Assembly (NCBI RefSeq): GCF_006345805.1
Contig: NC_043012.1
Location: 52,948,001-53,012,000, forward strand
Direction: 5' to 3'
Length of the DNA stretch: 64,000 nucleotides
DNA from: Octopus sinensis
Lineage: Eukaryota
Part shown: piece by piece, positions 57,224 through 64,000 of the stretch
Layout: each line of letters opens with the position of its first letter
Position numbering within the stretch: position 1 is the first letter of the stretch
Position numbers and translations under genes: made by a program
The notes under the pieces: generated by a model
Seen by the model: the letters and a program-made list of their open reading frames with translations, nothing else
Database searches by the model: none
Told to the model about the DNA's origin: nothing

Positions 57224-57385
57224 ATACCTTAGTGCCTCTGTTTATCTCACACCAGTGCTTGAAAACCAATGTTAACTTATAACTTAGCAGCAAGAACATC
57301 ACTTAAAAATAAGTGCTGGGGGCGCAGTTTGGTTGGCTAAAACCCATCAAGGCAGTGCCCCAGGATGACAGCAGTTATATGACTA
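56997..57385 (+). mobile_element. SINE family A (diverged)
   Basis: ggttcagtcccactac..caccttgggcaagtgtcttct and a decayed tail. Confidence 0.7.
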
Positions 57386-57995
57386 ACAGAAATAAAAATT
57401 GAGAGATATCAGAGCTGAAGTACATATGAGCAGAGACCTACTTCATGAGGGATAACCTCAGGCTACACAAAAGTAGAAACAAAGTAAGAATAACATGGGC
57501 CCAGAAGTAGTCAATGTACTGTATATTCAAACATCCTTGCTTAACACTAAATTGATGACATGATCCAGATGAGGATTTGGGGGTCAATTCAACAATAATC
57601 TACAGTAAATATATGGTTTTCTTGGGGGAAATTTTAATACCAGACCGATGTTTGTTCTTTGTGACATACTGTCTTCTTTTCTTAGATATTATGTAGAATG
57701 CAAAAGAGAAAAATAAAATTCGTTATTTGGATTGAGTACATTGCTTAGCGGTATTTCATCTGTCTTTACGTTCTGAGTTCAAATTCTACTGTGATCGACT
57801 TTACCTTTTGTACTGGGCTCGATCTAATTTCAGGACTTGTGCCTAGAGTAGAAAGAATATTTTGCATATTTATTCTTGACATATCTATGCAGATTCAGAC
57901 GCAAAATAGACTGGTCACTGTAGCGCATGTCATAGAAGAAAAACATCTCCCTTTTATGATAACAGTAGGTTCAATGCAGTCATCGGCACACAGCA

Positions 57996-58041
57996 TTCTG
58001 GGACACTGGGGTTTCAACATATTGTACCTCATCAGCCAGAA
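57996..58041 (-). ncRNA. Type I hammerhead ribozyme, intact catalytic core
   Basis: Minus strand: TTCTGG-CTGATGA-GGTACAATATGTT-GAAAC-CCCAGT-GTC-CCAGAA. Perfect 6-bp stem I, canonical CUGAUGA and GAAA, GUC cleavage triplet, wobble-rich 4-bp stem II, minimal 2-bp stem III. Predicted cut between 58002 and 58001. Confidence 0.75.
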
Positions 58042-58320
58042 CAGAACTATGAGCCCAGGTAAAGCCAGTGGCTTTGGTTTTTCCTTCAGTGAGCAACCTG
58101 CTGGCTGATTAGTGCTTATATCTGCCAACAAATAACAAAGATGTAACCCGCACCACATAGAGCAAGATGCAGAATGATTATTTGCACATTTATTCTTAAT
58201 CCACCTAGGCAGGTTCAGACACAATATATACTGGTGACTTTATTGTATGTCATAGGAGATTAACTTTTCCCTTTTATAACGACAGTATGTTCAACACATT
58301 CATTTCGTTGGTGCATGGCA

Positions 58321-58366
58321 TTCCGGGACATAGGGGTTTTGACGTGTTATATCTCATTGACCAGTA
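58321..58366 (-). ncRNA. Degenerate hammerhead paralog (core mutated)
   Basis: TACTGG-TCAATGA-GATATAACACGTC-AAAAC-CCCTAT-GTC-CCGGAA has the same spacing as the 57996 motif, inside a diverged direct repeat. Core changes (TCAATGA, G12A) predict inactivity. Confidence 0.6.
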
Positions 58367-58464
58367 TCTACATATCAAATCTGAGCACAATCAGATGGAG
58401 GATGCCCAAGATTCTAGAAGACACACACACGCACACAGATAGACTGAACGGATTTTATAATATA

Positions 58465-58862
58465 CTAGCAGTATCACCCAGCATTGCTCAGGTTTGTAAG
58501 GGAAATAACTATATAAGCATTTTTAGAGAGTTATAGCCAAAAAATAGCAAAAAAATTCATTAAAAATGGAAAAAAAATGATGGTAAATTTTTTTTTAAAT
58601 CGTTGACTCATCGTAGACATTTTTAGAGAGTTACTTCCCTTATATAATAGCGAAAAAATGCATTAAAATGAAAAAAAATGATGGTAAATTATTTTTAAAA
58701 TCGTAGACTCATCGTAGACGCGCGCTAATACCCAGAAGGGCTCGATATCAATCACGACTATAAGATACCCGGTGTTGGTTAAACTGCACCGCAAAATGTG
58801 GGAGTAGTTAGGAATCTAAATCGTAGGAGACACACACACAACCATACTTTTATATATAAAGA
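58465..58862 (-). mobile_element. Non-autonomous Helitron with internal ~100-bp tandem duplication
   Basis: Minus strand starts TC at 58862 and ends CTAG at 58465, between A and T. Subterminal imperfect hairpin cccagc-att-gctcagg about 10 nt from the end. Duplicated unit catttttagagagtta...catcgtagac at about 58518-58617 and 58618-58719. Confidence 0.8.
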
Positions 58863-60379
58863 TATATATATATTATCATCATCATTATTGAGTGTCTGCT
58901 TTCTATGCAGGCATGTGTTAGATTGTTTGACTGGAACTGGTAAGATGGAGAGCTGCATCAGGTTTCAATCTGACTTGGAATGGTTTCTACGGCCAGATGC
59001 TCTTCCTAACGCCAACCACTCCAAGAGTATATGGGTGCTAGTTAAGTGCCACCAGCACAGGTGCTGTTATATACCATCGGCACAGGTGCCAGTTATGCGA
59101 CACCAACACTGGCTACAACTGTAATTTCACTTGGCTTACAAAGGGTTTCATTCAGCGTTGGTCCACTAAATCCACTTACAAGGTTTTGGTTCAGCCCAAG
59201 GCTATAGTAGAAGACACTAGCCCATGGTTCCACTCAATGGGACAGAACCCAAAATCGTGTAGCTGGGAAGCAAAATTCTTACAACACAGCCATGCCAGCA
59301 TAACACATTTTCCAAAAATCAAGCTGTTTTCAAACAGTATTAGTTAACTGGGGCTATGGCAGTAGACACATGCTTCACAGTAACTCACAATGAAATTGAA
59401 TGTGGAACTAAATGCTTGCAAAACTAATTTTTTAAACACACAACTAAAGCTATCGCTATTCGGCCAGCAGCTTATGAAGACTCGGTCTGCTGAATTAGGA
59501 CTGACCTGGGAAGCTATACAGCAACTGCAATCACAAGTTAATTCATTCAATTGGCAAAGCAAGCAAATACTGCAGATGCAATTTTGTGATTCTTGCTTTA
59601 CACAATTCCTTACAAGAGAAGAGGAAAAAAAGAATAAGTTATAGTGTTTCTTATCTTTGATCAACACAGATCTATCCATATTAAGCAAAAGTTTCAATAA
59701 TTTTATAGAAAATTTCAAAGAAGGGTCACTGAGAGGTGCTGTGGTGCGTTTCATCTTTCATTAAGGAAAGCTTTTATTAGTAGGGTTACCATGAATCTCT
59801 CCTATAGCAAGATGGCTGTTTCTGTCCCTCTATGGTACATTAACCTCTCATCACCTGACATAAAGCCACATCCCTCAATACCATTTGTATCCCCCAATCA
59901 AGGGTATCTTGTCTTGCAAGTTACTCAGTGACTAAACAGGGGCCAGTGCCATGTGAAACAAACACTCAGTATACTCGGCCAAGTGGTTGGCATTAGGGAG
60001 GGCAGCTAGGTGTAGAAACCTCACCCAAGTAAACACTGGAGCTTGGTGCAGTCCACTGGCTTGCCAAAAACCTGTATAACCATCCCATCCATGCAGCATA
60101 GATAACAGACATATAATGATGATGACGGTGATTATGTTGTTGTTCTTGATGGTTAACTCCCTCCCCCTTACCACCACCACCAGATCAGTGTTGATGGAGC
60201 AAACCTATGAGCAGAACTGTTTCAGCTATGACTATCTTTTTAATTGTTTAAGACACAAGGATCTAGGACAAAATTGTATGGGGCAAAATAAGAAAATTTC
60301 AGTCATGGCTATTATTTCTACTATATCCATCATGATAACCCTATCCTATTTTTATAAGAGTATTTCCCCAATTAGTGAA

Positions 60380-60712
60380 GGTGGATGGCTCAGTGGTTGG
60401 AGCATTGGACGCACAATCATGAGGTAGTGAGTTTGATTCTTGGACCAGGTTGTGTGTTGTGTTATTGAGCAAGACACTTTATTTCATGTTGCTCCAGTTC
60501 ACTCAGCTGTAGAAATGAGTTGCGACGTCACAGGTGCCAAGCTGTATCAGCCTTTGCCTTTCCCTTGGTTAACATTTGTGGCATGGAGAGTGGGGTCTGG
60601 TATGCATGGGTGACTACTGATCTTCCATAAACAACCTCTCCCAAACTTGTGCCTTGGAGGGGAACTTTCTAATTGCAATCTCATGGTCATTCGTGATTGA
60701 AGAGGGTTTTAC
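60380..60712 (+). mobile_element. SINE family B
   Basis: Colinear with 21379-21712. Confidence 0.85.
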
Positions 60713-61168
60713 CCTTCATTTCTAGGATTACATTATTCGGTTTGACTGACACCATTTTTGAGATGACAGAACATAAGTATATTTAACTGGTATTTCTAGC
60801 ATACTGCGTTCTTCATAGCTCTTGCTTGTTAATACTGCTAATAAAGAATATCCATAAACACCAGAATTTCTTGTTCCACTCCATGCCAAAAACAAATCAA
60901 CAGAACTGACCCAACCTTTCCCCCAGCCCCCATTGATGGATACCACAGTTACAAAAAGAGTTGAGCAGCTGACTGTTTACTACTGAATTCGTGTTAAAAT
61001 AAATATATGTTGATTGATTGAGTTAAATCAAATGTCAGACTGAACAAACACGAAAAAAAAAAACATTACAACATAAAAAAAAAACAGCAAATAACTACAA
61101 TAATACAGGGAGAAAAAGATTGTTGCTATGGGAAATAAAATAATTGATTTCTTTATTTTTTTTTTCTT

Positions 61169-61191
61169 GGGCATGCGCACGCGCGCACGTG
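61169..61191. promoter_or_regulatory. Candidate promoter element: NRF1/Ewg-like GCATGCGCAC plus E-box CACGTG
   Basis: gggcatgcgcacgcgcgcacgtg is a CpG-dense patch in CpG-depleted surroundings; no TSS evidence. Confidence 0.3.
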
Positions 61192-61605
61192 TTGTTGTTG
61201 TTATTGTTGTTCTTTTGCACTTTCTTCTCAGTTTCGCATTCTTTTTTTTCTTTTTCTACATGCGTAGGGGTGGTAATGAGAGGAGAGTTAATATGGTGAG
61301 AAGAAGCACCGAGAGTCTTGGAGAAGCAATGAAAAAGTAATTTTATTTAAATAAAATTTTTCAGAATATTATTTGCTTTCGGTAGAAATGGACAGCAAAA
61401 GTTAGGAGTTTACCGAAGATATCCATTCCAATGATTAATTGGAGAACCTATAAGTTAAGTGAAGAAAAAGCTATGATATATTTATAGAGATAGATATCAA
61501 CATACATACACGCATACATATATATATATGTATGTATATATACACATGTATGTATGTATGTATGTAAGTATATATATATATACACACACGCATGCGTGTA
61601 TTACG

Positions 61606-61646
<41 letters not shown>

Positions 61647-61717
61647 TATATACATATATAGATATGACTGTATATATATATATATATGTATATAACATAT
61701 TATAATATATATGTATG

Positions 61718-61775
<58 letters not shown>

Positions 61776-63092
61776 CAGTATATATATATATCTGTACAGA
61801 TTTACATACATATATATATATATATATATACATACACACACACACATACAGTATATATATATATCTGTACATATATAACTACATATACATATATATATAT
61901 ATACATACATACACACACACACATACAGTATATATATATATATATCTGTACATATATAACTACATATATATATATATATATATACATATATATATAAATA
62001 TATTTACACACACACACACATATATATATTCATATGTATGTATGCATGTATATACATTCCCTGATGTTCTCATCTTCCCCGACAAAAACATGCTGAAGAA
62101 CTCAAATAACAGGCAGGCAGGCAGCAGAAGATAGAATATTTGCGGCATGTTTATTTGATCACGCATGTTTACGTTTATATTGGTAAACAGAAAAAAAGTC
62201 TCACTATATGCCGGTGCCAATCCAAATAGGAGAACTGGCAGATTCCACGCCGTGTTCAAATAACAAGCACCAACCTGACTCCAATAAACAAATAGTTATG
62301 TCTTCAGATCTGTCCAGTTCAATAGAAAACCCTCACACACACACATACTAAGGAGACTGTAACATGGGCTGAACATAACGGCTTTGATGAAATGCTCATA
62401 ATTGATGGACGTAAGTTTATAGTATTTACCAAAGTAAAATTAAAAATTAAAAAAAAAGACATGAAAGATAGAAAAAAATTTTTAAACTAAAAATATTACA
62501 ATATTTTAATTTGAAATTACAAAATCCAAATACAGACATTAAAATAAAAAAAAAATTCAAATGATTAAGAAATTAAATAATATTTTTTTTTATTTTTACC
62601 AAAAAAAGTTAGAAATAAAAAAAATGTTTTGTTTATTAAAAAAAAAAAAATTCAATTCTCTGTTTCATATCGTAGAAATGATTAAAATAGATCCCTCGCC
62701 TCTAAATAACGGTGTTTAATTAGTGAGAAGTAAATAGTAGTGACCGTTCTCCAAACAGACAACACAATATTAACAGAGCAATAAGAGAAACCATAGTAGG
62801 AAATGATGCCAACAAATTTAGCCAGGAATTATTAAAATCTGATGATTTAATAGTTTATAATGGTCATACGTACAGACATACATACATACATGTAAATAAC
62901 ATTCTTAAACATACATATGCATCTATACACACAATCATATGCGTAAACACATCTGCACCTCTATCTGTTATGCTATTATACACAAACGTGTGTATGCACA
63001 CATGGAAACATATATATATATATATGCACATGAACATGCCCAGTTCTATACATACATGCAGACATATACATACATACATGTGTGTGCGTCTG

Positions 63093-63144
<52 letters not shown>

Positions 63145-63170
63145 CATCTGTACAAATTTGTTTGTATATG

Positions 63171-63203
<33 letters not shown>

Positions 63204-64000
63204 GCATATTCAGATATACATTTGTGTATGCTGCAGCAAAAATGCACCACCATAAACGCATGTGTATATATCAGTGTGTGTATATGTGTCACTGTGGGAG
63301 TGTGTGTATGTGTGACAGAGAGAGAGAGCGGGTTAGCGTGTCAGAATGTGTGTGTGTATGTGTGTGTGTGAATTCACCTGCTTAAGCAAACACGGTGTTG
63401 GTGATAAAGCTTGACTAAAATAAATGTTGGGGGATATTTATCATAAAGAAGTGGAAACAAGTCTACAGGAATACCGAACTACAGGAATAGATCAATCAAA
63501 CATGACAGAATCAACTTCACACAAGCAATGAAATCTGAAAACAAATCATAGACTACCCATCATTAAAGTAATTAAACCGACATAATTACCACTGTTCTCA
63601 GACATTCCCCAAAGTTTGCACAGATCCTTGCAGTTCTCAAACTCACGATTCAAATAAACAGAAACTTCAAAAACAAATATTTCCACATAAAAACCAGGCC
63701 AGAAACTTTTGTTTTCCTTGCAGTCGATGATATGGAGCAATGGTTACATAAGGAATACAATCTCCCATTTCCTTTCCGTATTTTCCTCTCAGTCTAAGTA
63801 TCTGTTTTGTGTATGTGTATGTGTGTGTGCATGTGTGTGTCCCCTTTAAGTTCACTTAAGGGGAAAAGTTTTGAGCATGCAGACAAAAGCTCATATTCTA
63901 TTATGCCAGCTATGGCCTAATGATGCTAAATGGCGATACCAGTTTTTGGGGGTTGCACCAAGCTGTGCTGATATATTTCACCCAAAGAAATGAATGCATA

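Larger units (their letters stand above)
57858..58366 (-). repeat. Diverged direct repeat: two ~185-bp hammerhead-bearing units (57858-58041, 58177-58366)
   Basis: Colinear blocks by eye, e.g. tttgca(t/c)atttattctt, ttcagac, atactgg/agactgg, gtcatag, cccttttat, acagta, gggaca. Each unit ends on the minus strand with AATAAA about 125 nt after the cleavage site. Confidence 0.8.

Noticed and set aside
57791-58224. 105-aa and 109-aa ORFs over the direct repeat
   Set aside because: The second repeat unit has stops and a frameshift in the equivalent frames; conservation is better explained by the RNA motif.
61960-62259. 99-aa ORF with a signal-peptide-like start
   Set aside because: Starts at TTG and ends in a microsatellite; no support.

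Overview
AT-rich, microsatellite-saturated eukaryotic DNA, intronic or intergenic in character. The SINE and LINE content looks like a coleoid cephalopod (Octopus-like); this is inferred from recalled repeat families, not a database search. No host gene can be named. Nearly all listed ORFs are microsatellite artefacts or transposon relics. Supported content: three tRNA-derived SINE families; decayed non-LTR retrotransposons (RTE, R4/Dong-like, HERO-like, Tx1/L1-like); an autonomous Helitron relic and a non-autonomous Helitron; three mariner fragments, one Tc1/mariner element with both TIRs, two Tigger/pogo fragments, a hAT MITE and a piggyBac MITE. The main discovery is a set of Type I hammerhead-ribozyme motifs in three unrelated short non-coding elements. 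(i) An intact-core hammerhead at 51187-51248 (-). (ii) An intact-core hammerhead at 57996-58041 (-) with a decayed direct-repeat partner 325 nt away, a retrozyme or Penelope pLTR layout. (iii) A family with back-to-back hammerheads at 19355-19459 and 8695-8869, whose ribozyme-less copies at 17296-17552 begin about 2 nt from the predicted cleavage site. Together these suggest an ORF-less, ribozyme-processed Penelope-like/retrozyme system. A second observation is a SINE subfamily sharing its 3' tail with an adjacent-type Tx1-like LINE. All folds and alignments were done by eye and need computational and biochemical confirmation.
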